From positions 256,001-320,000 of the forward strand of contig JAVJQW010000057.1 in the NCBI GenBank assembly GCA_040218735.1: a stretch of DNA of 64,000 bases, written 5' to 3'. The stretch comes from Deltaproteobacteria bacterium (lineage in GTDB: Bacteria > Myxococcota > Kuafuiibacteriia > Kuafuiibacteriales > Kuafuiibacteriaceae). Positions within the stretch are counted from its first letter, which is position 1, and each line of letters starts with the position of its first letter. Shown piece by piece: positions 36,769-47,857 of this stretch. A program made the translations under genes and the position numbers. The notes beneath the pieces are model-generated. The model had not been told where the DNA came from, did no database searches, and saw nothing but the letters and a program-made list of their open reading frames with translations.

Positions 36769-39225
36769 ATGGCACCGCGAATCCGAGAATCCGACCCCAC
36801 CCGCCGCGTCGACCGCCCCGACCTCACGCACCCGCGCGTGACCTCGCGTCCGGTCCGCACCGAGGCGCCCCGCGACGTCGAGGGCCCCGCCACCGTCGAG
36901 CGCCCGCGTTGGGAGCGGTCGGAGGCGTACGCGGAGCGCGCGCCGCGCGTGGGTGACGGCGACCGAGCGGAGACCGACGACCCTCGCGGCCCCGAGTTCC
37001 GGAGCATCGGTGCCTCGGGATCGACGGCGCGCCCCTCCGGCGCGCAAGCGGCGCCCGGCGCATCGAGTGTGCGGGCGAGCCGGCGCACGGGCATCGGCGC
37101 GGGGGGCGGCTCGGCGCGGCCCAGCGACTCGCCGGCGGACGCGCCCGGCGGGATGGACCGCGCCGCGGCGCGGGCGATCATCGACGAGGCGATGTCGAAG
37201 GCCGTGACGGACCTCGACTCGGACGACTACGTCCGCAACAACGTCACCGCCGAAGTCCTCGCCCACGCCACCGTCGAAGAGAAGGCGCACATGCTCCGCT
37301 CGCTGATGGACGGCTGGACCGGCGAGGAAGACCAGGCGGCGATGGCGCGCATCCTCGAGAGCGTCGGTTCCCCCGCCGAGATGGAGACGCTGCTCCGCCG
37401 GGCCGGCGGCGCCGAGGCCGTACTGAGTGAGCTCGGCGAGACGCAGCTCGACGCGGTCGCGAACCACTTCCGCGGTCAGGGCGCGAACGGCGCACGGATG
37501 CTGATCACGATCTCGAACGAGCTCGACACCAGCAGCAGCTGGTCCGACGACTTCGTGCGCAACCACATCGACGCGAGTGTGTTGCAGCACGCGACGAACG
37601 AAGAGAAAGGCCGGATGCTCCGCCACCTGATGGAGGGCATCACGGTCGCCGAGGACGAGGCCGCGATGGCGCGCATCCTCTCTTCGGTGACGAGCCCCGA
37701 CGACATGATGGAGGTCATCGCGGCGGCGGGCGGCAGCGAGGCCGTGATGGACGAGCTCGAAGGCGCGACGTCCACGTTCATGCAGCACCTCGACAGCCTC
37801 GGCGCCGACGGCGACCAGATCATCGCGCGCATGGCCGCGGACTACGCGGTGGGCTCGTGGGAGTCGGACGACTTCGTACGCAACTACGTGGACGCCGACG
37901 TCCTGCAGCACGCGACGCAAGATCAGAAGGCGCACATGCTCCGCTCGTTGATGGACGGCTGGACCGGCGAAGGCGACGAGCAGGCGATGGTCCGCGTCCT
38001 CAACAGCGCGACGGACCGCGCCGACCTCGAGGCGCTCATGACCGCCGCGGGCGGCGCCGACACGATCTGGAACGAGCTGGAAGGCCAGCAGAGCGCGTTC
38101 ATCGCCGAGCTCCGCGGACGCGGCGCGACCGGCGAGGAGATGATCCTCGGCCTCGCGCTCGCGCACTCCGACGACTCGACGGGCGCGCAGCTCATCCGCG
38201 ACCACGTGGATGCGCGGGTGCTCGCCCACGCCACCGTCGCCGAGAAGGGTGCGCTCGTCGCGGCGCTCCGCGCGGCGGGGACGAGCAGCGAGAACCAGGC
38301 GGCGATCCGCGAGATCCTCCGCTCGGCCGCGAACCCGGTCGAGCTGATGGACATCGCGCAGGCCGCGGGCGGCGTGCAGCAGGTGCTCGGTCTGACGCCG
38401 GCGCAGCGGCAGCTCGTGACCGACGCGTACAACGCCAACTCCGGCGACGCGACGTTCACGCAGAACCTCGAGAACCTGATCACCGACCCGAACTTCACGC
38501 GACTGTCGTCCGACCAGCGGACGGCCGTGCTGAGCCAGGCGAAGAACTACCCGGACGCGCGCTCGGTCGCGAACCTCACGCGGCTGATGAGCAAGGACTG
38601 GTTCCGCTCGATGTCCCTCGCGGACACGCAGCGTTCGGCGGCGATGATCGCCTACGTCTCGCAGCACGCGGGCGATAGGACGATCATCGACAACACCCTC
38701 GACCGCTTCCTCGCGGACGACGCGCCGTACACGTTCGACTGGGGCGAGACGGGCACGCCGTACGGCTCGGCGGGGTCGGACACGTTCCACTTCAACCGCG
38801 CGTACCTCCCGGCCGGCAACGGTCCGGTCGACACGACGAACGCCAACACGCTCCACATGGTCACCCACACCGTGGCGCACGAAGTGAACCACCTCGTGAA
38901 CAACGATCGTGTGCGTGAGTCGTTCGACTACTTCATGGAGGAGTACCGTGCGTTCTACGTCGGCTTCCGCGCGCAGCACGGTCGCGACCCGACCCGCGCC
39001 GAGGTCCTCAACCGCGTCCGTGGCCTCCTGACCGCGAACTCGGGCGCCTACAACAGCATCCGCCTCGCCCTCGCCGACGCGACGGAGGGCCCGCGCTTCC
39101 TCCCGTTCCTGCAGCAGGTGCTCGGTCGCAACGACGTGACCCAGGCAAATGCTGGTACGCTCCCCGTCGTGAACGGAGGCGCCCCGGCGCCCGCCCCCAC
39201 CGACGGCGGAGACATGGACAATTGA
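36769..39225 (+). CDS. hypothetical protein: disordered N-terminus, four ~107-aa helical repeats, C-terminal HExxH zincin-like domain
   Basis: Repeats SDD(Y/F)VRN...VL.HAT..EK..ML..LM.G...EDE.AM.RIL; TVAHEVNH followed by MEEYRAF; no signal peptide. Confidence 0.75.
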   Translation: MAPRIRESDPTRRVDRPDLTHPRVTSRPVRTEAPRDVEGPATVERPRWERSEAYAERAPRVGDGDRAETDDPRGPEFRSIGASGSTARPSGAQAAPGASSVRASRRTGIGAGGGSARPSDSPADAPGGMDRAAARAIIDEAMSKAVTDLDSDDYVRNNVTAEVLAHATVEEKAHMLRSLMDGWTGEEDQAAMARILESVGSPAEMETLLRRAGGAEAVLSELGETQLDAVANHFRGQGANGARMLITISNELDTSSSWSDDFVRNHIDASVLQHATNEEKGRMLRHLMEGITVAEDEAAMARILSSVTSPDDMMEVIAAAGGSEAVMDELEGATSTFMQHLDSLGADGDQIIARMAADYAVGSWESDDFVRNYVDADVLQHATQDQKAHMLRSLMDGWTGEGDEQAMVRVLNSATDRADLEALMTAAGGADTIWNELEGQQSAFIAELRGRGATGEEMILGLALAHSDDSTGAQLIRDHVDARVLAHATVAEKGALVAALRAAGTSSENQAAIREILRSAANPVELMDIAQAAGGVQQVLGLTPAQRQLVTDAYNANSGDATFTQNLENLITDPNFTRLSSDQRTAVLSQAKNYPDARSVANLTRLMSKDWFRSMSLADTQRSAAMIAYVSQHAGDRTIIDNTLDRFLADDAPYTFDWGETGTPYGSAGSDTFHFNRAYLPAGNGPVDTTNANTLHMVTHTVAHEVNHLVNNDRVRESFDYFMEEYRAFYVGFRAQHGRDPTRAEVLNRVRGLLTANSGAYNSIRLALADATEGPRFLPFLQQVLGRNDVTQANAGTLPVVNGGAPAPAPTDGGDMDN

Positions 39226-39230
39226 GAAGG

Positions 39231-39806
39231 ATGCTGTACGCCCTCGCCCTCGGCGCGCTGATCTCGGCGTGCCCCGCGAAGCCGAACACGATGAGAGAAG
39301 GTACCCAGATGTCCAAGCACGAAGACCGAATCAAGAGCGAAGCCGCCCAGCAGATGAGCTGGAGCGCGGGTGACGTCGTGGTCGAGACGATCGACGCGAT
39401 CGAGCTCGGTGGCTGCCACTTCTACGGCGCGTTCCACGCGACCAAGCCCACCGGCGCCCCCCTCGCCTACGCCGTCCTCGCGAACGGCGAGGTCGTCGGC
39501 CAGGCGAAGCAGGACGCGGTCGACGCGATCGCGGCGGGCTGCCGAACGGACGGCGCGAGCGCCAAGAGCTGGGCCGAGCTGCTCGCCCGCTTCGACACGA
39601 AGGTCGCGCCCGGGCAGGTCCTCTACGCACCGCCCCCGCCCATCGAGGAGGGTGACGCCCCGGACGCACGCATCCAGGCGCCGAAGCTCGACAACGGGAC
39701 GCTCACGTTCTTCACCCACAACATGCACACCGACCGCACCTACGTCGTGACGGCGAAGGTCTCGGACGGCGGCGTGTCGGACGTCCAGGCGAAGGACCAC
39801 TCCTGA
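39231..39806 (+). CDS. hypothetical lipoprotein (candidate partner or immunity protein)
   Basis: MLYALALGALISAC lipobox; begins immediately after the HExxH gene (alternative TTG 39222). Confidence 0.7.
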   Translation: MLYALALGALISACPAKPNTMREGTQMSKHEDRIKSEAAQQMSWSAGDVVVETIDAIELGGCHFYGAFHATKPTGAPLAYAVLANGEVVGQAKQDAVDAIAAGCRTDGASAKSWAELLARFDTKVAPGQVLYAPPPPIEEGDAPDARIQAPKLDNGTLTFFTHNMHTDRTYVVTAKVSDGGVSDVQAKDHS

Positions 39807-39842
39807 TTGACGGTGCTGCGCCACGTGCGCAGTACCTCCGTC

Positions 39843-39923
39843 ATGCGCTTTCGCGCCCGCTCATCAGATTCGCGTTCGAACGACTCGGTCGAGTCGTCGG
39901 CGGATCCGAGCGATCTTCGGTAG
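39843..39923 (+). other. putative leader uORF (MRFRARSSDSRSNDSVESSADPSDLR*)
   Basis: 26-codon ORF in the 228-nt gap upstream of the tuf paralogue; a TTGACG hexamer lies at 39807. Confidence 0.4.
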
Positions 39924-39966
39924 CGGGCCTTCGCGCATTCTCACTGAACAAGTCAGCTCGGTTTCG

Positions 39967-40033
39967 CCGCACGCTCTTTTCGCGTGCGGTCCGGGGCCTC
40001 CGTCCGCACGCGCTACGACAAGGAGGAGGCACC
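39967..40033 (+). promoter_or_regulatory. putative attenuator: mutually exclusive hairpins and anti-SD
   Basis: CGCGTGCGG (39981-39989) is complementary to both CCGCACGC (39967-39974) and CCGCACGCG (40004-40012); GCCTCC (39996-40001) is complementary to GGAGGC in the SD (40025-40030). Confidence 0.5.
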
Positions 40034-40034
40034 C

Positions 40035-41204
<1,170 letters not shown>

Positions 41205-41254
41205 ATTGAACGGGGCGGCGGCGCGTTGCGCCGTCGCCCCACCTTCGATGACCT

Positions 41255-41974
41255 TCAGAAGACGTAGCCCGCTCCGAGCTGGAACACGTGGTACGTGTTG
41301 AATGGGCTCGATTGGAACTCGTCCGTGAGGCGAGCGACGAGCGCGCGGCGGTCGGCGTCCGAGAGCGCGACGCCCTGCACGTCGATCTGGGGGGACGGCG
41401 CACCGAACATCCACCAGCCCGACCACTCCGCGTGGATCGAGAGCCCGAAGTCGAAGGCGTACGCGTAGCCGAGCCCGATCGCGGGGCGAAGGCCCGCGGG
41501 GCGCGACTGAACGAGCGTGACGGCACCGTCGTAGGTCGACGAACCGATCTGCCGCGAGCGCGCGTCGAACCGCATCGTCTCGGTGTCGCGATCGTTGAAG
41601 ACCACCCCGAGCGAGACGTACGGCGACAGCCGATGCGGCCGGATGCGGGTCTGGAGGTACGCGCGCTGACCTACCTCCTCGCTGGACTCCAGCAAACCGC
41701 CGAAGCCGACCGCGTTGGCGTTGAAGGAGGAACCGTCGCGCTGGATGTCGTCGGCGATCTGGTAAGTGAAGCCGACGTAGACCAGATCGTTGAAGTGATA
41801 GCCGACGTCGAAGCCGAGCTTGAAGGACCCGCCGAAGGGCAGCTCGCCGAAGTTGAGGCCCACCTGCCAGACGCCGTCGAGCGCGCTGACGTCGCTCTCG
41901 AACGTGGTCTGCGCGTGAACCGGGAGGCTGACGAGGGTGAGGAGGGTCGTGGTGAGGAGCAGCGTGTTGTTCAT
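41255..41974 (-). CDS. putative outer-membrane beta-barrel protein
   Basis: Signal peptide ...PVHA-Q; alternating aromatic strands; C-terminal FQLGAGYVF. Confidence 0.65.
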   Translation of the reverse strand: MNNTLLLTTTLLTLVSLPVHAQTTFESDVSALDGVWQVGLNFGELPFGGSFKLGFDVGYHFNDLVYVGFTYQIADDIQRDGSSFNANAVGFGGLLESSEEVGQRAYLQTRIRPHRLSPYVSLGVVFNDRDTETMRFDARSRQIGSSTYDGAVTLVQSRPAGLRPAIGLGYAYAFDFGLSIHAEWSGWWMFGAPSPQIDVQGVALSDADRRALVARLTDEFQSSPFNTYHVFQLGAGYVF

Positions 41975-42046
41975 GCGTCGACGATGCCGCTTCGACGCGG
42001 CGCCGACTCGAACGAGCGCGCCGAAGACGTTGGACGATCGCGCCAG

Positions 42047-43009
42047 TCAGCGCGCGCCGCGGAACGCGGAGGGGGTCTTCGCGTGCCTCTTCTTGAAGCT
42101 ACGCGAGAAGTGGGCGGTGTCTGCAAAGCCGCACACGTAGCCGATCTCGGTGATGGACAGGTCGCTGTCCGACAGGAGCCGCGCCGCCTCTTCGTTGCGA
42201 ATGCGATCGAGCAGCTCGCTGTACTTCAGACCGGCGGCGCCGAGCGTGCGCTGAAGCGAACGCGACGACGTCCCGAGCGCCTCGGCGACCTCCGCGAGCT
42301 TCCACGTCCGCCCGAGGTCGCGTCGCACGACGGCCTCGACGCGCGCCGCGGGGCCTGGCTCGTCGTCGAGCGCGCGTTCCGGCGCCGACCCGAGGAGGAT
42401 CGCGTCGAGCCCCGCCATCGGTTTCCGCGTCGGCTCGAAGGCGCCCCACTCGAACCGCCACGTCGAAGTCGCCCCCGACGCAGGCTCCTCGAAGCGACCG
42501 GCATCGTAGACGAGCCGATCGGGGTCGTCGCTCGCAGGGAGACGGAGCCGCAGCGGGCGACAACCAATCTCTTCCAGCAACACGATGTGCTGACCGCAGG
42601 AGGCGAGGCTGTCGGTGGCTTCGGGCGCGCCGTGGTCCGAGACGTGGCGCAGCAGGAGGGCGTTCGGCGACTCCTCGTCGATCACCACGCGGTGGCGCGA
42701 GTGGAAGAAAGCCGCGAGCCGCGCTTCCTTCTCGATGAGGATCCGGGGGGCGTCGCTGTTGAGGAGAACGAACAGCAACGGATGCGCGAGCCCGCGCAGG
42801 GACTCTCCCGCGCGGAGGATCGCCGCGCCCCCCGCGCTCACGTGAACGTCACGGAGGATGCGACGGTAGGGCTCGAGCGGCGCGCCCTCCTCGCCGGCGG
42901 CGAGGACCTCGTTCACATCGACGGCGCGGGCGGCGAGGACGTCCGGGGCGCTCTTCTTCAGGCCTTCGAGGATCAACGAAGCGACGACGATGCTGATCCG
43001 CCCGGCCAC
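42047..43009 (-). CDS. AraC/XylS family transcriptional regulator
   Basis: C-terminal LAEVAEALGTSSRSLQRTL...SITEIGYVCGFADTAHFSRSFKKRHAKTPSAFR; start (GTG 43009) uncertain. Confidence 0.85.
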   Translation of the reverse strand: MAGRISIVVASLILEGLKKSAPDVLAARAVDVNEVLAAGEEGAPLEPYRRILRDVHVSAGGAAILRAGESLRGLAHPLLFVLLNSDAPRILIEKEARLAAFFHSRHRVVIDEESPNALLLRHVSDHGAPEATDSLASCGQHIVLLEEIGCRPLRLRLPASDDPDRLVYDAGRFEEPASGATSTWRFEWGAFEPTRKPMAGLDAILLGSAPERALDDEPGPAARVEAVVRRDLGRTWKLAEVAEALGTSSRSLQRTLGAAGLKYSELLDRIRNEEAARLLSDSDLSITEIGYVCGFADTAHFSRSFKKRHAKTPSAFRGAR

Positions 43010-43032
43010 GTCGGCCGAATGCTCCCACGAAC

Positions 43033-43758
43033 TCAGCGGTGGCGCACGAGGCGGGCGACGAGCCCGGGCGCGAAACGCTCCAGCAGGTGGACCGTCTTCG
43101 CCTTGCCGACGCGAACGTCGGGACGCTCGCGCACGAGACCGTCGATACACGCCACCGCGACCTCGCGCGGATCGATCGCCCCCTGCTGTCGCCCCGCGGT
43201 CATCTGCGTCGCGACGAGCGGCGGGACGAGCTCCATCACCAGGACGCCGCGGGATTCGAGCTGCCACCTCAGCGACTTCGTCCACGAGGCGAGCCCGGCC
43301 TTGGTCGCACCGTAGACGGGCGCGCGTTGCGTCGGCGTCAGCGCCATGATCGACGTGACGTTGACGACCGCCGCCCGAGGCGCGGCGAGCAGCCGCGGGA
43401 GCAGCGCCGCCGTGACGCGCATCGGTGCGAGCAAGTTCACTTGCACCTCCAGCTCGACGTCCACCGAGCGGTCCTCGACGAGGTTCATGGACCGCTGGAC
43501 GCCGGCGCAGTTCACGAGGATGTCGAGGCCACCCAGGCGCGTGTCGACCGCCGCGGCGAGTGACTCGATCTCCGCCGGCTCGCTCAGGTCGCAGCACACG
43601 GCGCGGATGCCGTTCGTCGCCGCGAACCCGGCCACGCTCTCTTCACTGCTCCCGCAGACGATCACCGTCGCGCCTGCCTCGTTCAGCGCCACGGCGATCG
43701 CAGCGCCGATGCCCCGCGTCCCGCCGGTGACGAGCGCCCGTTTACCTTCGAGCTTCAT
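43033..43758 (-). CDS. short-chain dehydrogenase/reductase (DltE-like)
   Basis: LVTGGTRGIG, VNCAG, YGATK, ELVPPLVAT. Confidence 0.9.
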   Translation of the reverse strand: MKLEGKRALVTGGTRGIGAAIAVALNEAGATVIVCGSSEESVAGFAATNGIRAVCCDLSEPAEIESLAAAVDTRLGGLDILVNCAGVQRSMNLVEDRSVDVELEVQVNLLAPMRVTAALLPRLLAAPRAAVVNVTSIMALTPTQRAPVYGATKAGLASWTKSLRWQLESRGVLVMELVPPLVATQMTAGRQQGAIDPREVAVACIDGLVRERPDVRVGKAKTVHLLERFAPGLVARLVRHR

Positions 43759-44528
43759 CACGCCACCCCCACCGTCGCCGCGAGGAGCAGGAGCGTCGCG
43801 CCGCCCGCCACGAACGCGACAGCGCGTCGCCCCACGGGGACGAACGCGTCGTCCGGACGACGCGCCGCTTTCAGGAGCGTGGTGGCGAGGAGCGCCAACC
43901 AGGCGAGCCACGCGACGTGGAAGACGACGTTGAGTTGCCCGAGCCCCGCGAACACACCGCCGAACTGCTCGAGGGTGTAGACGACGAACGCGGCGCCCGT
44001 CGCGACGCCCGCGTAGCCGAGGCCGCGCGAGAAGCGCTCGTCCCGAACCAACGCGACGCCGACGGCGATCGTCCAGACGCCCTGGAACAGGAACGAGAGG
44101 TGCTCGCCCACCGAGACGCCGGCGAACTGGTGCATCGCCTCGAAGACGACGAGGGCCGCGTCCCGGCTCGCGTCGCTCGCCCCGGGGTCCGTCGCCGTCG
44201 CGGCGAGGGCCGGTACCAGCCAAACCCACCGGATGAAGCCGAAGGCCTGGGTCAGCCCCGCGAGCACCCCGGTGGTGTGCGCCGTGCGCGACGGGACCAC
44301 TCCGCTCACCGCGACGGCCATCGCGATGAAGGTCACGCCGGTCATCGTGAAGACCCAGTAGGTCGGGACGACCAGGTGTCGAGACGCGCGGAACACCGCG
44401 AGGATGTGCGCCGGAGGCTCGCGGAGGATGTCGGGGAACTCGAACACCGCCGCGAGCACGAAGAACGCGACGACGAGGAGGATGGCGTGGGTCAGGACGA
44501 CGAGGGCCGCCGTGGTGTGTCTGTTCAT
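43758..44528 (-). CDS. DUF4386-like integral membrane protein
   Basis: FEFPDILREP, GFIRWVWLVPALA, GVSVGEHL; about 6-7 TM helices. Confidence 0.7.
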   Translation of the reverse strand: MNRHTTAALVVLTHAILLVVAFFVLAAVFEFPDILREPPAHILAVFRASRHLVVPTYWVFTMTGVTFIAMAVAVSGVVPSRTAHTTGVLAGLTQAFGFIRWVWLVPALAATATDPGASDASRDAALVVFEAMHQFAGVSVGEHLSFLFQGVWTIAVGVALVRDERFSRGLGYAGVATGAAFVVYTLEQFGGVFAGLGQLNVVFHVAWLAWLALLATTLLKAARRPDDAFVPVGRRAVAFVAGGATLLLLAATVGVA

Positions 44529-44724
44529 GGGTCCACGGTGCCGGGTTCTGCCTGGCGGAGATTGAAGCGGCGCGCCGACGGCGTTGGAAGATCGCGCCAT
44601 CCCCTCGAGTCTCGATCGATCCTTGGGTGCCCCCCGGCCTCTTCGGCTCCGAGGGCATGGTCTTTGGGTCGACGACCGCGACTTTTCGCCGACGGCGTCG
44701 CGATGGCCCGGGCAGGCTGCTCCC

Positions 44725-45939
44725 ATGAACCGCACTTCTGCCCTCCTCGCCCCCCTCCTCCTCGCTTGCTCCGGCGCCGGAACCGAACCGCTCGACGGCG
44801 TGCGGGACGCCGGCACGCCCCAGGCCGCGCACGACGGCGGCGCCCGCGACGCTGGCCCCGCGCCGCGCGACGCCGGACCCCGTGACGCCGGCCCACCGCC
44901 CTTTTTGTGTGTGAGCGACTACCCCGTCGCGAGCTGTGACGCCCAGGACGCCCTGGTGCGGATGATCGAGACCATCAACACGCTCCCGTACTTGTGGACG
45001 GGGGACTTCCGCATGGAGGAGACCGGCGTGTACGTCGGCATCTACCTCGACGGTGAGGCGCCCGTCGGGTTCCTTGTGGACCCCGAGGCCCTCCCGCCGG
45101 AAGCGACCGCTGTCCCGGTGGCGCTGGCCCGTGGCCGCGCCGTGTATCACTACGATGACCCCGACGGGTACTTGGACGACCTGACGGGGCGCGCGTACAT
45201 CCACCGTATCGGCGGCGAGGACGTCCTCATGATGCGCCTCACCTCCGAGGACCTGTCGGCGATGCGACGCGGCCGCTACGGCCTACCCGGGAGAATGGTC
45301 CGCGAGGGCTTCGACATCCACCAGCGAGCCACGTTCGAGCCGCTCGTCGGCGCCGACCGCTTCCTCCCGTGGACCGCATTCCCGATGACGGCGGAGATCC
45401 TCGCGCACGAGCTCCTGCTCCTGGACGCACTCACCGACCTCGACGACGCGCAGACGGCGCCACTGAGGCGTGAGCTCCTCGAGAGCTACGTCGCCGTCAT
45501 CGACACCATCGCCCAGCTCGACACGACCGCGGAGGGCGACGCGCTCTACATCATTCAGGAGACGGAGCACTGGAGCGGCTCGGATGCCTATATCGGCTAT
45601 CTGGCGCAGGAGCGCCTCGCACGTGAATCGTTCTACGAGGCGTTCGGGGGCCTGCAGTACACGATCGACGGAGAGCTCTCGGCGGTCGGGGTGTCGGGTC
45701 TGGAAGAGCTCCTGAAGCGCCACGTGTGGATTCTCTCCGGCGCAGCGGCCCTGTATCTGACGACGGAGCTCGGCGGGAACACCTATGAGAGGCTGCGCAC
45801 CGGAGCGTCGCCGTACACGATGGCTGCAGAACTTACGGACCTCGACGACGAAACGCGGCAGCAGCGGCTGGATGCGCTGAAGGTCCGCTACAACTACGGG
45901 GAGAAGCTCCGAATCGCGACCGACGCGATGGCCCGCTGA
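44725..45939 (+). CDS. hypothetical lipoprotein, possibly a degenerate zincin-like fold
   Basis: MNRTSALLAPLLLAC lipobox; RDAG low-complexity linker; MVREGFDIHQ segment. Confidence 0.65.
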   Translation: MNRTSALLAPLLLACSGAGTEPLDGVRDAGTPQAAHDGGARDAGPAPRDAGPRDAGPPPFLCVSDYPVASCDAQDALVRMIETINTLPYLWTGDFRMEETGVYVGIYLDGEAPVGFLVDPEALPPEATAVPVALARGRAVYHYDDPDGYLDDLTGRAYIHRIGGEDVLMMRLTSEDLSAMRRGRYGLPGRMVREGFDIHQRATFEPLVGADRFLPWTAFPMTAEILAHELLLLDALTDLDDAQTAPLRRELLESYVAVIDTIAQLDTTAEGDALYIIQETEHWSGSDAYIGYLAQERLARESFYEAFGGLQYTIDGELSAVGVSGLEELLKRHVWILSGAAALYLTTELGGNTYERLRTGASPYTMAAELTDLDDETRQQRLDALKVRYNYGEKLRIATDAMAR

Positions 45940-45978
45940 CCCTCGCCCATTGCGCGTCGACTGCTGTACAGTGAGCCC

Positions 45979-46218
45979 ATGAAGCGTTGGCTCCCCGTGG
46001 TCGTCATGGCCTCGTCGTTTGCGTTTGCAGGCTGCGCGACGATGGCCGCTCAAGACGACAAGCCCAAGATCTGCCGTACGGTGAAGCGCACCGGATCGCG
46101 CATCGCGCGCCGAGAGTGCACGGACGACACTCGCGGCACCGCGGCGCGATCGATGGACTCCGAGACCTACCGTCAATCGAACCGCGGCGCCAAGCCGGGC
46201 GCGGTGCCCTCGGGCTGA
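45979..46218 (+). CDS. small lipoprotein
   Basis: FAGC lipobox; KICRTVKRTGSRI..REC motif. Confidence 0.65.
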   Translation: MKRWLPVVVMASSFAFAGCATMAAQDDKPKICRTVKRTGSRIARRECTDDTRGTAARSMDSETYRQSNRGAKPGAVPSG

Positions 46219-46234
46219 GTTTCGGCAGCTTCGG

Positions 46235-47659
46235 TCACGGACACGCGCGGCCGTTCACCACTTCGAACGCGATGAGATAGCCGCGCGTGCAATTGGCGGT
46301 GCTACAGCCGCCCACGACATAGCCGCAGTCCGTGCCCGGGCGCCACGCGGCCTCGAGCAACACCACCCCGTTCGTCCCTCCGTAGGGCGACGCATCGAAG
46401 TTCGCGATCGAGATGTCCGTGATGCCGCTCGTCGAGTAGGCGCCGTCGCGGTACTCGCGCATCTGCGCGACGCTCCCGATCATCTCACCGGTGATCAACG
46501 CGCGTCGACCGTCGTCCGCGAACGTGATGTCCCACAGATCGAGTGAGCCGAGATCGGGCGCCGCGGCACCGACCGTGAACGCGCCCTGGTCGTAGCGCGC
46601 GAGCTTGCCGATCGACCAATTCACGAACAGCGCGTAGTCACGCTGCGGGCGGCTCGCGACGTGGGACGTGTTGCCGACGGCCGGGCCCGCGTAGAAGCTC
46701 ACGCCGTCGAACTCACCGACCGCGCCGCCCGTCATGCCGCACGCGTAGACCGCGCCCATGTTGCCGAAGGCGTCGACGACCGGGGCGGCGTCCTGACACC
46801 CCGCGGTTACGGCGGCCTGGCCCTCGAGCGCGGGGGCGTTGGCGTTCGGATCCATCGAATAGATTCGTACGAAGCCGTTGGTGCGACCGACGATCATGAC
46901 GCGACCGGCGACGGTCGGGTGGCCGTCGATGCTCTCGTACGCAACGTTCGGGAACGCGGGGCCGACGGCCGACGGCGACTCACCGAGCGCCCCGAGGCGG
47001 AAGACTCGGCCCGAGATCGCGCTGCCTTCGTACGCTGTCGCGATGACGAGGATCTGCGCGCCGCCCGAGACGTAGCGAATGCCCGTGATGCCGAGGAGCT
47101 CCGAGCCCGACTTCGGGAGGTGCACGGTGCGGACGTGGGTCTCCCCGGGGAGCGCGATGACGTGGAGGCGGTCGTAGCGCTCGGAGACGATCATCGACGC
47201 CCCGTCCGGCGCGATGGCGACGTGGGTGAGCTCCTGATTCGGCGCGATCGGGGAGACGATCTTCCGCGTGAACACGTAGGTCCCCGGGAGCGCGACGCCC
47301 GGGTTGCCGGCGTCGACCGGCGTGCCGCCGTCGCGCGGCGTGGGGCCGGCGTCGCGCGGTGGCGCCCCTGCGTCGCGTGGTGCGGGCCCTGCGTCGCGCG
47401 GTTCGCCGGCGTCGACGAAGCCGGCGTCGTGGGTCACCGCGGCGTCGCGTCCGTTCGAAGCCCCGCCGTCGCGGAGGCCGCCGTCACTGTCGAGCAGCAC
47501 GTAGGTCCCGCCGTCGGGGCGGAGGCTCCCGGCGTCGAGCGGCGTGCTCGGATCCTCGACCCAGCACTCGCCGACGCACGGTCCGCCCGGGAGCGCAGGT
47601 TCGTCCTGGCAGGCCGCGACGGACATCACGGCGAGCAGCGCAACACGTCGCGTGATCAT
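46235..47659 (-). CDS. lipoprotein with beta-propeller domain
   Basis: MITRRVALLAVMSVAAC lipobox; RDAG/DGG linker; VAIAPDG, ITFADDG and AAWRPG blade motifs. Confidence 0.7.
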   Translation of the reverse strand: MITRRVALLAVMSVAACQDEPALPGGPCVGECWVEDPSTPLDAGSLRPDGGTYVLLDSDGGLRDGGASNGRDAAVTHDAGFVDAGEPRDAGPAPRDAGAPPRDAGPTPRDGGTPVDAGNPGVALPGTYVFTRKIVSPIAPNQELTHVAIAPDGASMIVSERYDRLHVIALPGETHVRTVHLPKSGSELLGITGIRYVSGGAQILVIATAYEGSAISGRVFRLGALGESPSAVGPAFPNVAYESIDGHPTVAGRVMIVGRTNGFVRIYSMDPNANAPALEGQAAVTAGCQDAAPVVDAFGNMGAVYACGMTGGAVGEFDGVSFYAGPAVGNTSHVASRPQRDYALFVNWSIGKLARYDQGAFTVGAAAPDLGSLDLWDITFADDGRRALITGEMIGSVAQMREYRDGAYSTSGITDISIANFDASPYGGTNGVVLLEAAWRPGTDCGYVVGGCSTANCTRGYLIAFEVVNGRACP

Positions 47660-47857
47660 CTTCACCAGTGTCAGGGCATCGACAGGAGGCCGCACGAACG
47701 AACTGCCGAGCGTTTCGATTCGATCCACGTCACACGGATCGACCGCTTCGATTCGAACCACGTGATGCGGGTCAACGAACGCGGCGAAAGTAGACCTTTT
47801 TCGCGGCTCGTACGTCCAAAGGGGTAGGCGCCGTAGGAAGCGCCGGGAGGAAACGCT

